A stretch of 64,000 nt of DNA from an uncultured Pseudomonadales bacterium (GTDB lineage Bacteria > Patescibacteriota > Microgenomatia > UBA1400 > PJMF01). A program made the translations under genes and the position numbers. Each line of letters starts with the position of its first letter. Within the stretch, counting starts at the first letter, position 1. The stretch lies in assembly GCA_964645645.1 (NCBI GenBank), contig CAZYBC010000001.1, forward strand, positions 6,064 to 70,063. Reading direction: 5' to 3'. Under the pieces are notes generated by a model that saw only the letters and a program-made list of their open reading frames with translations, did no database searches and had not been told where the DNA came from. Positions 40,455-49,693 of this stretch are shown here, piece by piece.

Positions 40455-40757
40455 ATGACTCAAAAACCACAATATTTAGATCAAGCCTTTAAAGAAGAAC
40501 TAGATAAAATGCTAGTTACTTTTATTCAAAAACATAAAGATTATGGTAAAGGTAACATTTTAGATACTGGCGAACTAGGGATTATTTTTCGCGTTAATGA
40601 TAAAGTTAACCGACTAAAAAACTTATTAAGTAAAGACCAAGATCCCGCCAATGAATCAATTAATGATACCTGGATGGATATTGCTGTTTATGGCATCATT
40701 GCCTTATTACTGCGCAATGGTAAATTTGATAAATTAAATTTAGACCCTAAAAAATAA
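40455..40757 (+). CDS. DUF1599 (nucleotide modification-associated) domain protein
   Basis: KHKDYG...RVNDKVNRL...ESINDTWMDIAVYGI. Confidence 0.8.
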   Translation: MTQKPQYLDQAFKEELDKMLVTFIQKHKDYGKGNILDTGELGIIFRVNDKVNRLKNLLSKDQDPANESINDTWMDIAVYGIIALLLRNGKFDKLNLDPKK

Positions 40758-40775
40758 ATATTAAAACTAAAAACA

Positions 40776-40803
40776 AAAAGCCGGCTAGTGAGCCGGCTTT
40801 TTT
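40776..40803. terminator. Bidirectional intrinsic terminator
   Basis: AAAAGCCGGCT-AGTG-AGCCGGCTTTTTT between convergent genes. Confidence 0.85.
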
Positions 40804-40819
40804 AATTTAAATTCTAAAA

Positions 40820-41449
40820 CTATTCAGCTTTTTCTAATCTTGCTAAAAGTTTATTGTAAATCAAATAATAAGTTAATGAAGCTACTGGAGCGGTAATCAA
40901 TAAGCCAATCCCCAAAGCAAACATTCCTGATAAGGAAAATAAGGCGATCAATAAATAAAGAACAAATAATTTCCATTTAATACCCTCAGTCATCTTAGCA
41001 CTCATATCCATGGCTTCTTTAGCTTTCACTCCTTTGTCAACAATTAACAATAAAGTAAACATATATTTAATTGTCCAGATAATTCCAGGGACAATTAACA
41101 AGAAATAACCAAGACAAATCACTAAAGCCACTCTAATACTTCCCCAAATATATTTCCATAAATCATGGTAAGTAGAAAAAATTAAGTCTAAATTTACTTC
41201 TTTACCGCGAGATAAATAAATTAAAGCCTTTACCAATCCCATACTCAATACCATGCTAGCTATCCACATAACTACGTTAAAAATAAAATAAAGAAAAGCT
41301 GAATCTTCTAGTAAAACTGAAACTGCTGATATTAGAGCAGAAAACATAAAAGAAGCTGAAAATAAACCATAAATTATAGCCCATTTTTTCTTAAAAATTT
41401 CCCAGCTTTCTTTAATGGTACTGGAAAAACCCAATTCTGGCATCGACAT
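40820..41449 (-). CDS. Membrane protein (DUF975-like)
   Basis: Multi-TM with LLIVPGII motif. Start reassigned to ATG 41449 behind an AAAGGA RBS. Confidence 0.75.
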   Translation of the reverse strand: MSMPELGFSSTIKESWEIFKKKWAIIYGLFSASFMFSALISAVSVLLEDSAFLYFIFNVVMWIASMVLSMGLVKALIYLSRGKEVNLDLIFSTYHDLWKYIWGSIRVALVICLGYFLLIVPGIIWTIKYMFTLLLIVDKGVKAKEAMDMSAKMTEGIKWKLFVLYLLIALFSLSGMFALGIGLLITAPVASLTYYLIYNKLLARLEKAE

Positions 41450-41636
41450 GTTGTCCTTTGCTATTTTATAAAATAAAAGCATTAACTTGCTTTCTTTTTT
41501 TATTATATATGAAAAAGAATAATAATTTCCAGATGTTATTCTCAGCATTTTTTTGTATAATTGAAAAGTTAAACCTAAACTTCTCAAAAAGTTAACTAAA
41601 AATTTGTTACAATAGCCAAGCAAATTAAAATTTTAA

Positions 41637-41673
41637 TAGACTTACTGCGAAATAAAATTTCGTAGTAAGTCTA
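41637..41673. repeat. Palindromic MITE/RPE-like element, short copy (37 bp)
   Basis: TAGACTTACTGCGAAATAAAATTTCGTAGTAAGTCTA, 7 nt before tRNA-Ser(GCT). Confidence 0.88.
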
Positions 41674-41680
41674 ATATTAA

Positions 41681-41768
41681 GGAAGCGTCGCATAGTGGCC
41701 AATTGCACAGGTTTGCTAAACCTGAGTCCTTTTGGGCTTCGTGGGTTCGAATCCCACCGCTTCCGCCA
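41681..41768 (+). tRNA. tRNA-Ser(GCT)
   Basis: GGAAGCGTCGCATAGTGG...CAGGTTTGCTAAACCTG, long variable arm, ends in CCA. Confidence 0.96.
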
Positions 41769-41770
41769 AT

Positions 41771-41800
41771 AAAAAAACTACCGAAAGGTAGTTTTTTTTT
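41771..41800. terminator. Bidirectional intrinsic terminator
   Basis: AAAAAAACTACC-GAAA-GGTAGTTTTTTTTT. Confidence 0.88.
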
Positions 41801-41831
41801 GGCAAAAAATGGGTGGATGATAAGACGCTAA

Positions 41832-42812
41832 TTATAAAATTGCGTTAAATAAATACCCCATAAACATTATGGCTAAGATTGTTATTCCAAAAAAAGCAAA
41901 AAGTAATTGCTTTTTCATAAGTTTTGCTAACATTAAACCCTCTGGAATAGAAATTGTGACGGTTGCAGTCATAAAGGCAAGTGCTGTCCCCATCGGAACA
42001 CCTTTATTAATTATTGCCTCAACAATCGGGATTACGCCTACAGAATTAGCATAAAGCGGCGCCCCAATTATTACTGCCATTGGTACTACCCACCATTCTT
42101 TACTAGACAAATATTTTATTACCAAAATTTCTGGCACTAAGCCATGAATTAAAGCCCCAATTCCCACCCCTAATACAACATAAGGAAAAACTTTTTTAGT
42201 AATTCCCCAAGCTTCGTTAGTCCAATGTTTAAATAAATCCTTAAATGGAACTGTGGCATTTTCATATTCTGCTTCAATTTGTTTTTTAGATTTAAATTTT
42301 AAAAATTCTGGCTGAATATATTTTTCCATCTTTAATTTTTGAATGACCATACCACCGATTACACTAGCTAATATTCCCACCAAATTATATAAAAGAGTAT
42401 TTTTTAGTCCAAAAATAGCCGGAAATAAATAAAGTGATGATTCATTAACTAATGGCGAACTAATTAAAAAAGTAAAAGTTACACCTAATGGGATGCCTGC
42501 TGAAAGAAAACCAATAAAAAGTGGAATAGACGAACAAGAACAAAAAGGAGTAACAACACCTAATAATGCAGCTAGCAAATAATCAAAACCATACCAATTT
42601 CTTTTAGTTAAAATATCTCTCACTTTCTCTATCGGAAAATAATAACGAGTCATAGCCATAATATAATTAATAACAATCAGCAGTAAACTAATTTTGATAA
42701 GATCGTAAACAAAAAAATTAACTCCATTACCTAAGTATGATCCTTCTTTAATTCCCAACCATTGATATGTGGCCAAATCGGCAAACTGTTGAATAGGAGT
42801 AAAGATACTCAT
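41832..42812 (-). CDS. DUF318/ArsP-family permease
   Basis: TPFCSCSSIP, FLISSPLVN, GVPMGTALAF. Confidence 0.9.
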   Translation of the reverse strand: MSIFTPIQQFADLATYQWLGIKEGSYLGNGVNFFVYDLIKISLLLIVINYIMAMTRYYFPIEKVRDILTKRNWYGFDYLLAALLGVVTPFCSCSSIPLFIGFLSAGIPLGVTFTFLISSPLVNESSLYLFPAIFGLKNTLLYNLVGILASVIGGMVIQKLKMEKYIQPEFLKFKSKKQIEAEYENATVPFKDLFKHWTNEAWGITKKVFPYVVLGVGIGALIHGLVPEILVIKYLSSKEWWVVPMAVIIGAPLYANSVGVIPIVEAIINKGVPMGTALAFMTATVTISIPEGLMLAKLMKKQLLFAFFGITILAIMFMGYLFNAIL

Positions 42813-42815
42813 AAT

Positions 42816-43070
42816 TTATTCTTTTACTAATTGAGTAATTATTGTTTTAAGTTTATTTAAATCACGATTAAAACCAACCATGGCAATTTTATCATTAATA
42901 ACTAGAACTGGACTGCTCATCGCGCCTAATTCAATAATCCTTTTAGTGCCATCTGTACCGGTTAAATATTCTACCTCTACTTTAATACCTATCTCTGCGA
43001 CAATTTTTTGAACAGCTTCGTGTAGTTGAGAACAAGTGGGGCAACCAGAACCTAATACTTGAATTTTCAT
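42816..43070 (-). CDS. Small thioredoxin-family protein (MTH895/ArsE-like)
   Basis: MKIQVLGSGCPTC...SSPVLVIND. Confidence 0.9.
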   Translation of the reverse strand: MKIQVLGSGCPTCSQLHEAVQKIVAEIGIKVEVEYLTGTDGTKRIIELGAMSSPVLVINDKIAMVGFNRDLNKLKTIITQLVKE

Positions 43071-43075
43071 AAATT

Positions 43076-44152
43076 TTATCTTTCTAAATACCTTTTTAAT
43101 ATTTTTTCTCTTTCCTGCTGAAAAAGTTGTGCATATTTTTTAATAATTGGATTGCTTGCAAAAGTTACTGAGTCTAATAACTTATGACCAACCTCAGCTA
43201 TTAAAGCTATCATCGTCATTTGATTATCAGTCAACTTATCTGAACCAATGTTACTCCAAGCTGGATCTGCTGTAAAAAATTTTTCAACTGGCCCTAGATT
43301 TTTATCTTGATCTTTTTGTGGCAACCATTCTTGAATGGCTAAACGAGTAAACTTTAATTTCAAAGCTATTAACTCAGCCTTTAGATCAGCAGATCCCTCT
43401 TTTGGCATTCTTTCTAACCAATGTCCCAATTCATGAATTAATACTCCTATTACTTTTGGGTAATCAAATACTTTTCTATTTTGACCATTAGCGTCAAGCT
43501 GTATAAATAGTGAACCAAAAGCACTAACTAAAATTTCAATAATTCCACCATTATTATAATCAATCATGGCTCCAGCATTATCAAGGTTTCCACTACCTGA
43601 AAAACTATCCACTAATTTAATCTTGGCTGGTAAAAAATTGGATAGAATTCCTAAATCAATTAGAATTTCATCAGTAGAAAAATCAAGTTCTAATTCTTTA
43701 ACAGTTTCTGATTCACATATAATTTGGCAATTTTTATTTACTAGCGAAGTAGATTCACTTTCTTTATCGAGCTCTACTGAAGAAGAACTATCTATACCAT
43801 TGATCAGTAAATCATAGGCAGTCCGAGTTTGTAAAACAAAACTCAAATTACTGTTACTTATTTGAGTTTGTAAAGCATCCATATATTGAGAAATATTGCA
43901 CAACATTTTAGCTAATTGTAAATGTTCATAAAGCACTAAAGCACAGTTCCTATAATTAGCCGGTAAGGCTTGCTGCAATTGTTCTAAAGTCAAATCTGCC
44001 ATTTCTTCTGGAGTATAAGCTGATTTTTTAGTTTCAATTCCACAACCAGCTAAAACAGCCGTAGCAGCTGAACCTAAAAACAAAGTCCAGATTAATTTTA
44101 ATAATTGCCTTCTAGTTATTTTTTTAGGCTCAACAGTATTAGCTTCTTTCAT
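43076..44152 (-). CDS. Hypothetical lipoprotein with possible HExxH zinc-metallopeptidase motif
   Basis: TRRQLLK Tat-like signal, LAGC lipobox, VLIHELGH. Confidence 0.6.
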   Translation of the reverse strand: MKEANTVEPKKITRRQLLKLIWTLFLGSAATAVLAGCGIETKKSAYTPEEMADLTLEQLQQALPANYRNCALVLYEHLQLAKMLCNISQYMDALQTQISNSNLSFVLQTRTAYDLLINGIDSSSSVELDKESESTSLVNKNCQIICESETVKELELDFSTDEILIDLGILSNFLPAKIKLVDSFSGSGNLDNAGAMIDYNNGGIIEILVSAFGSLFIQLDANGQNRKVFDYPKVIGVLIHELGHWLERMPKEGSADLKAELIALKLKFTRLAIQEWLPQKDQDKNLGPVEKFFTADPAWSNIGSDKLTDNQMTMIALIAEVGHKLLDSVTFASNPIIKKYAQLFQQEREKILKRYLER

Positions 44153-44261
44153 CTTATCTATTAAATAACTTTTTAAAAAGGTCTGTCAAAAGGGAAATAC
44201 ATTTAATAATATTCTGTTATATAATAGATATGTTTCTGCCCAAATCCCAAAAGGGAAACAA

Positions 44262-45329
44262 ATGACCAGAACTTTTAGTATCATTATTATTTTTCATAAT
44301 GAACAAGCTGGCTTAAAAAATTGCCTCCTATCTGTTTTAAAACAAAATTACCCTCAAAATAAATATCAAATAATTTTAGTAAATGATTCTTCTAAAGATA
44401 ATTCTGTTAAAACTATTCAAACTCTGCTTCAAGAACCAAATATTTCATTAATTAACTCCGATAAACCTTTAGGTATTTCTACTGCTAGAAATCTTGCTAT
44501 TAAAAAGGCCAAAGGAGAAATTTTATTTTTTATAGATGCTCATATCTATTTACAAAGAAATACTCTTTCAATAATTAATCAAAAATTAAATCAATATCCT
44601 CAAATTTCTGGAGTCTGTGGACAATATTCTGCTAAAGAAAAAAATGACTATAATGTTATTAGAGATTTACGAAGAATAATCAATTTTAAAAAAGCCGAGC
44701 AAGATTTTATTATTGATTTAGAAAATTTTACTACTTTTTCTATAGCCGTAGGCGCATATAAAAAAGAAGTTTTTAAAAATAATTTTTTCCCAGATCATTT
44801 TGAAAATAGTGCTGGAGAAGATGTTTATGTGCAATTAAAAGCTCATCATAATGGACACAAATTTCTTTATACCTCAGATATATCTGCATATCATGACGCA
44901 AAATTAAGTTTAAAAAAATTATTGACTAAATTAACTCAAGAGATAAAAGGCACTATTAATATAATTATTCATTCTATTGAAAATAATGATCACTTTAACT
45001 TACCTTTCTTGGAACATTTTTTAGATTATCCAATTTTAATTTATGTATTTTTAATTTCCTTTTTATTAACTAAAAATATTTATTTAGGAATAATTTTTTT
45101 ATTAGCCTTTATCATTAGATACAGTAAAACTGTACAAGCAATAAAAATTAAACCACAGTTTTTTATTCAATATTTAATTTTTTTAATTATTAAAGATTTT
45201 TTACAATTTATTGCTTTAACAACTCTATTATTCAATAAAAATGCAAAAATCTTTAACTATCTAATTACTATTAAAAAAAATCAATTAAAAAATTATTTTA
45301 AAATCTTACCATGTGTAAGTAGAAGATAA
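44262..45329 (+). CDS. Glycosyltransferase family 2 with C-terminal TMs
   Basis: IIIFHNE, VNDSSKD, ARNLAI, FIDAH, GED. Confidence 0.9.
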   Translation: MTRTFSIIIIFHNEQAGLKNCLLSVLKQNYPQNKYQIILVNDSSKDNSVKTIQTLLQEPNISLINSDKPLGISTARNLAIKKAKGEILFFIDAHIYLQRNTLSIINQKLNQYPQISGVCGQYSAKEKNDYNVIRDLRRIINFKKAEQDFIIDLENFTTFSIAVGAYKKEVFKNNFFPDHFENSAGEDVYVQLKAHHNGHKFLYTSDISAYHDAKLSLKKLLTKLTQEIKGTINIIIHSIENNDHFNLPFLEHFLDYPILIYVFLISFLLTKNIYLGIIFLLAFIIRYSKTVQAIKIKPQFFIQYLIFLIIKDFLQFIALTTLLFNKNAKIFNYLITIKKNQLKNYFKILPCVSRR

Positions 45330-45339
45330 ATAAAAAAAT

Positions 45340-46506
45340 ATGTTAAAGAAAAAAATAGACTATACTAATCCTGGACATCTTAAACTTTGTATTCTTTCAG
45401 AAGGAATTAATGTCCAAGCAATTAAAACTTACCAAAAAATTCAATTTGCAGAAAATACTTATCAGTATGGCAATGGTAATAAATTAGATGAAATTAAATC
45501 AAAATATCCGGCCTATCTAATTTTAGCTGATGAAACTAATGTTGGGCTTAATTATAATAAAACTTCTCCTTGGTCATTAACTTATCAAGATAAAACTAAA
45601 AAATTATTATTAACTTATCAAGATAAAATTATTACAGAAGCTTGGCTTTCTCCACAACCTAATTTTTATTGTAAAAAATTAAGTAATGGTCAAGATATTA
45701 CCAGTGTTTTAGGCCTTTATGGTCTCCATTGCTTAACCTTTTTTGTCAGAGGTTGGTGTATGTTTATTAATAAAAATCAAGCCTGCCAATTTTGTTCTTT
45801 AGGTTTAGCCAGAAAAGAAGTTGGTAAAAAGAATGTTTTAACAACCACCCCACAATTAGCTAAAGAAGCATTAAAGATTGCTTTAGCTAGTGATAAAAAC
45901 ATTGTTGAATATATCAACTATAGTTCTGGTACTTATCCAGATTTTGATAAAGGTATAGAAGACCAATATTTAATCTTAAAAGAAATTAAAGATATTCTAC
46001 CTAAAGATAAATATATTAAACAACACATGTTAACTTTCCCTCCAGCTAATAAAAAATGGATTGAAAAATTATTCGAAGCTGGTTTAGGAAGCTTAAATTA
46101 TTCACTAGAAATCTTTGACCGTGATTTGTTTGCTAAAATTTGTCCAGGAAAAAATAATTTTTTTGGTTATGATCGTTTTATTCAATCATTTAAAGAAGCT
46201 GTTGAGATTTTTGGCAAAGGAAAAATGTATGTTAATTTTGTTGGAGGACTAGAACCTTTAGAATCTTTATTAACTGGCATTAATTATTTTGCTGACTTGG
46301 GTATCGCGTCTTCAATTAATGTCTTTCATCCAGATAAAGGCACTCCATTAGAAAATCATCCTAAACCTTCAATTGAATATTTATTTGCCATGGTAGAAGA
46401 AATGCATCGTATTTATAAAAAGCATCATTTCACTTGTATTTATCCAAAAGGAGGAACTAGAAATTCTTTAGATACTGAGGTTTGGAAAGGATATTTTGCT
46501 AACTAA
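45340..46506 (+). CDS. Radical SAM protein with non-canonical Cx8Cx2C motif (MSMEG_0568-like)
   Basis: CMFINKNQACQFC, YSLEIFD...ICPGK, VGGLEP, FHPDKGTPLE. Confidence 0.85.
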   Translation: MLKKKIDYTNPGHLKLCILSEGINVQAIKTYQKIQFAENTYQYGNGNKLDEIKSKYPAYLILADETNVGLNYNKTSPWSLTYQDKTKKLLLTYQDKIITEAWLSPQPNFYCKKLSNGQDITSVLGLYGLHCLTFFVRGWCMFINKNQACQFCSLGLARKEVGKKNVLTTTPQLAKEALKIALASDKNIVEYINYSSGTYPDFDKGIEDQYLILKEIKDILPKDKYIKQHMLTFPPANKKWIEKLFEAGLGSLNYSLEIFDRDLFAKICPGKNNFFGYDRFIQSFKEAVEIFGKGKMYVNFVGGLEPLESLLTGINYFADLGIASSINVFHPDKGTPLENHPKPSIEYLFAMVEEMHRIYKKHHFTCIYPKGGTRNSLDTEVWKGYFAN

Positions 46507-47497
46507 TCAACAAATTATTAACCAGCTAAAGAATAGAATAAACTCTTTAAAAAAAATTCAATTAAATGATTATTATGATCAATTACAAAAAAAAATTCCT
46601 TTAGAAGAATTAATTTTTAAAATTATTACTTCTTCCAAATTTAGAAAATGGGCAATTAATCAAGAAGTTAAAGATAAAATAAAAGAAGCAATTAAATTAA
46701 ATATAGAAAAAAATGAACCGATAAAAATTTCCTTTACTTTTGGTGGTTATAAGTTATGGAGAATTCCTTCTTATCCATTGGCAGATTGGGCAGAATTTTT
46801 TGCCTTACTTTTTTATTATGATTGGTTAAAATTAATCACCATTTTTTATAAACCAGGTATAATTTTTAATTTTTATTCTGATGATGTAATTGTTAACCAA
46901 ATAAACAATGTTCCAAATTCAGACATCAAAAAATATATTAGTTCTTTTGAAGAATTACTTGATTTCATTAACTCAAAAATAATGAGAAACTTTAAATTTA
47001 AACTTATCAGAATTAAAAATATTTACTCATCGTTAGAATTCAATCAAGAGTTATTAAAAAATCTAAATCAAATCAAAGAATTAAAACTTCAACCTACAAA
47101 TAATGAACTAAAAGCTACTCAATTAAATTATAAATTTAATAATCAAAATCTTGTTGATCAAAAAAAACGATTTTTATTATTACAATCATTTGAACTGCAT
47201 GCAGCTTATAGAAATTTAAGTAAAAGAAAACAGATCTGTAAAACCACTGATCAAATTATTGTTTATGCTGATCATTTTCCTACGGCAATTGGATTAGGGA
47301 CTACTAAGGATTCTATTACTAAATTTTGGATTGGCACTGGTATAATTCAAGCTAATCAAAAAAATATTCAATATACAATTTATTCACCAGTAACTTATAA
47401 AGAAAAAGTTAATTTTATAACTGAAATCAAAACAAATTTAATTAATTTAAAAAATCCAAATTTTTCTAAATTATTAATTTTAAGAAAGGAAAAATAA
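46496..47497 (+). CDS. Divergent Dit1/PvcA isonitrile-synthase-like protein
   Basis: LADWAEFFAL...IFYKPG...YSDD...IKKYISSF aligns by eye with PvcA LPDMAE...FYAPG...CSDG...ISAY. TTG start behind an AAAGGA RBS. Confidence 0.6.
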   Translation: MLTNQQIINQLKNRINSLKKIQLNDYYDQLQKKIPLEELIFKIITSSKFRKWAINQEVKDKIKEAIKLNIEKNEPIKISFTFGGYKLWRIPSYPLADWAEFFALLFYYDWLKLITIFYKPGIIFNFYSDDVIVNQINNVPNSDIKKYISSFEELLDFINSKIMRNFKFKLIRIKNIYSSLEFNQELLKNLNQIKELKLQPTNNELKATQLNYKFNNQNLVDQKKRFLLLQSFELHAAYRNLSKRKQICKTTDQIIVYADHFPTAIGLGTTKDSITKFWIGTGIIQANQKNIQYTIYSPVTYKEKVNFITEIKTNLINLKNPNFSKLLILRKEK

Positions 47498-47499
47498 AT

Positions 47500-47685
47500 A
47501 TGAAAACTATAGAAGATGGCAAAAATGCTTATATTCATCAATCTGATGGATTACTAGAATGGGTTAAACAACAAGCTAAACAAAGAAGGCAAGCTAGACA
47601 AGAACGAAAAAAAAGACAAGCCGAAAGAGATGAAGCGAACCAAACTAAAGAAAGAGCAAAAGCTCAACATCATAAAATAGATTAA
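47500..47685 (+). CDS. Small basic peptide (61 aa)
   Basis: Starts 2 nt after the upstream stop with an AAAGGA RBS; a terminator follows. Confidence 0.7.
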   Translation: MKTIEDGKNAYIHQSDGLLEWVKQQAKQRRQARQERKKRQAERDEANQTKERAKAQHHKID

Positions 47686-47732
47686 GAATTTTTCAAAGTA
47701 TCTATACTTAGATGCTGATCTCTCTAGCTATC

Positions 47733-47761
47733 AAAAGCGCCAATACATTTGGCGCTTTTTT
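47733..47761 (+). terminator. Intrinsic terminator
   Basis: AAAAGCGCCAA-TACAT-TTGGCGCTTTTTT. Confidence 0.85.
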
Positions 47762-47900
47762 GTGCTATAATATTTAGTCTCGGCCACATTCCACGTATTG
47801 AGAGAAAAGGTATCAAATTTCAAGTTTCCTCTTAATCTTATTTATCAAAGCTTTGCTTTGAAATTATTGTTATTGGTTAACCCCAAACAAGGAGGTCAAA

Positions 47901-49187
47901 ATGCTATTTAATCTAAGCACAACCTACCGGTCTAAGAGTAACTTTTATGAACACAATCTAAAATATATTAAGTGGTTGGAGTTAGCTGGTTCATTGATGT
48001 TTTTAATCCCAGTTTGGGTAAATTTTGAATTGCGTTATCTCAATTTAGCTCAATTAGCTATCATTGAAGCGGCAATTTCATTTACTCAATTAATTTTAGA
48101 ATTACCTACTGGCGCTTTAGCGGATTTATTAGGTAGAAAAAAAACTATTACTTTTGGCTATTTATTGCATGCCACTGGTTTTTTATTTTTCTGGTCTGCC
48201 AAAACTTTTAATGGTTTTTTATTTAGTTCACTGTTTTTTGGCTTTGGTGAAGCATTAATTAGTGGCGCTAAAGAAGCTTTAGTATTTGATACATTAAAAC
48301 AAGCTCATCAAGAAAAAACTTTTACCAAATTAATGAACTTTTTACAAAAGCGGTTTTATTGGGGAATGGCAATTGCTACTTTAATTGGTGGATTAACTTA
48401 TCAAATTAATATTCATTTGCCACTTTTCTTAAATATTTTAGCAATTTTAACTTGCGCCTATTTTGCTTCTCAATTACGTGAACCAATTTTGGATAGTGAA
48501 AAATTTACTTTAGCTATTTATCTTAAACAAACTAAGCAAGGTTTTAGTGAATTATTTAAAACACCTAAATCTCGTCGCATTTCTTTTTACTACATTTTAT
48601 TAGCCGCAGTGAGTTGGCCAATGGTAATTAGTTTAAAAAATATTGCCATGAGTAAAGTGGGTTTAACGGAATTACAAATTGGTTTAATTTTACCAGTGAT
48701 GAATTTATTAAATGTTTACTTTTTTCATTTTATGTTAAAAAAGCAAGCCTTTAAAAATTTGCCTGCAACTTTTATTGCTTTAGCTTTGGTAGCTGGTCTA
48801 AGTTGGTTGGGGTTAGCAGCTAACTTTTCTATTTTCATGGTTTTAATCGTAGCCTTTACCTTGTCATTTATTTCTAGTTGCCGCTGGAATGTTATTGGGG
48901 AATTAACTAATAGTTGTTATTCTAGTAAAAATCGAGCCACTGCTATTTCTACTTTAAGCATGATTATTGGCTTAAGTTATGGCAGCGTGATGATTTTATT
49001 TAGTATTTTCAGTAATTCAACAATTAATCCTGTGATTTTAATTGCTTTATTTATGGCCGGTTTAGCTGGCATAGTTTTACTACCTTTAGCAATTAATTTA
49101 AGCAATAACTTAGCTAACAAAAAAATCAATTTTGAACCTCAAATAGAAAATCCTTTAGAAAAAAGTATTAGCCTTACTGCAAAATAA
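47901..49187 (+). CDS. MFS transporter
   Basis: ELPTGALADLLGRK, SGAKEALVFDTL, ~12 TMs; RBS AAGGAGG. Confidence 0.92.
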   Translation: MLFNLSTTYRSKSNFYEHNLKYIKWLELAGSLMFLIPVWVNFELRYLNLAQLAIIEAAISFTQLILELPTGALADLLGRKKTITFGYLLHATGFLFFWSAKTFNGFLFSSLFFGFGEALISGAKEALVFDTLKQAHQEKTFTKLMNFLQKRFYWGMAIATLIGGLTYQINIHLPLFLNILAILTCAYFASQLREPILDSEKFTLAIYLKQTKQGFSELFKTPKSRRISFYYILLAAVSWPMVISLKNIAMSKVGLTELQIGLILPVMNLLNVYFFHFMLKKQAFKNLPATFIALALVAGLSWLGLAANFSIFMVLIVAFTLSFISSCRWNVIGELTNSCYSSKNRATAISTLSMIIGLSYGSVMILFSIFSNSTINPVILIALFMAGLAGIVLLPLAINLSNNLANKKINFEPQIENPLEKSISLTAK

Positions 49188-49333
49188 AATTTCGTAGCGA
49201 AGAATTGATATTTAAGAGCGAAAAGGTTTGTTTTCGAACGAAGTAGTAGCTGTGCTACTTCGAGCGAGAAAACAACCTTTACAGCCTTAAATAGCAATTC
49301 TGTAGCCGAAAGGCTTATTTTACAGTAAGGCTA
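49169..49333. repeat. Palindromic MITE/RPE-like element, full-length copy (165 bp)
   Basis: TAGCCTTACTGCAAAATAA...TTATTTTACAGTAAGGCTA termini; the whole element folds as an imperfect rod around CGAAGTAG/CTACTTCG. Confidence 0.9.
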
Positions 49334-49352
49334 TTTAACAACAAGGCCTTAA

Positions 49353-49389
49353 TAGCCTTGCTACAAAATTTTATTTCTCAGTAAGTCTA
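49353..49389. repeat. Palindromic MITE/RPE-like element, short copy in inverted orientation (37 bp)
   Basis: Reverse complement is TAGACTTACTGAGAAATAAAATTTTGTAGCAAGGCTA. Confidence 0.8.
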
Positions 49390-49439
49390 ACATTTCTGTT
49401 ATGATAATTAAGAATCAAAAATAGAGAAAGAAAGGACAG

Positions 49440-49673
49440 ATGAAAAAAATCGTCACCAGTCAATTTGTTGTTTTATTAATTGGCACCATTTTTGCTTGGT
49501 CTAATTTTGGCTATGAACTTTATAGCTATTTAAATAACAAGCCATGCGAATTAGGTTGTTCTGCTTCTCCTGCCGTGGTTAATCCTTTTTATACCCCTTG
49601 TTTTTATGGCGCTTTATTCTTTCTTACTGCCTTTGTGCATAGTGTGTTGTTATTAAAAAAAGTTAAAAAATAA
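49440..49673 (+). CDS. Small two-TM protein with cysteines in the loop
   Basis: CELGC...PCFYG between two TMs; AAAGGA RBS. Confidence 0.7.
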   Translation: MKKIVTSQFVVLLIGTIFAWSNFGYELYSYLNNKPCELGCSASPAVVNPFYTPCFYGALFFLTAFVHSVLLLKKVKK

Positions 49674-49693
49674 CTTTACTACCTAAAAATTAT

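Noticed and set aside
41450-41623. N-terminal extension of ORF 40820-41623
   Set aside because: Runs through an AT-rich promoter region; the RBS supports ATG 41449.
16880-49389. 37-39-bp palindromic repeats as CRISPR repeats
   Set aside because: Dispersed over 32 kb, not arrayed, and derived from a 165-bp element.
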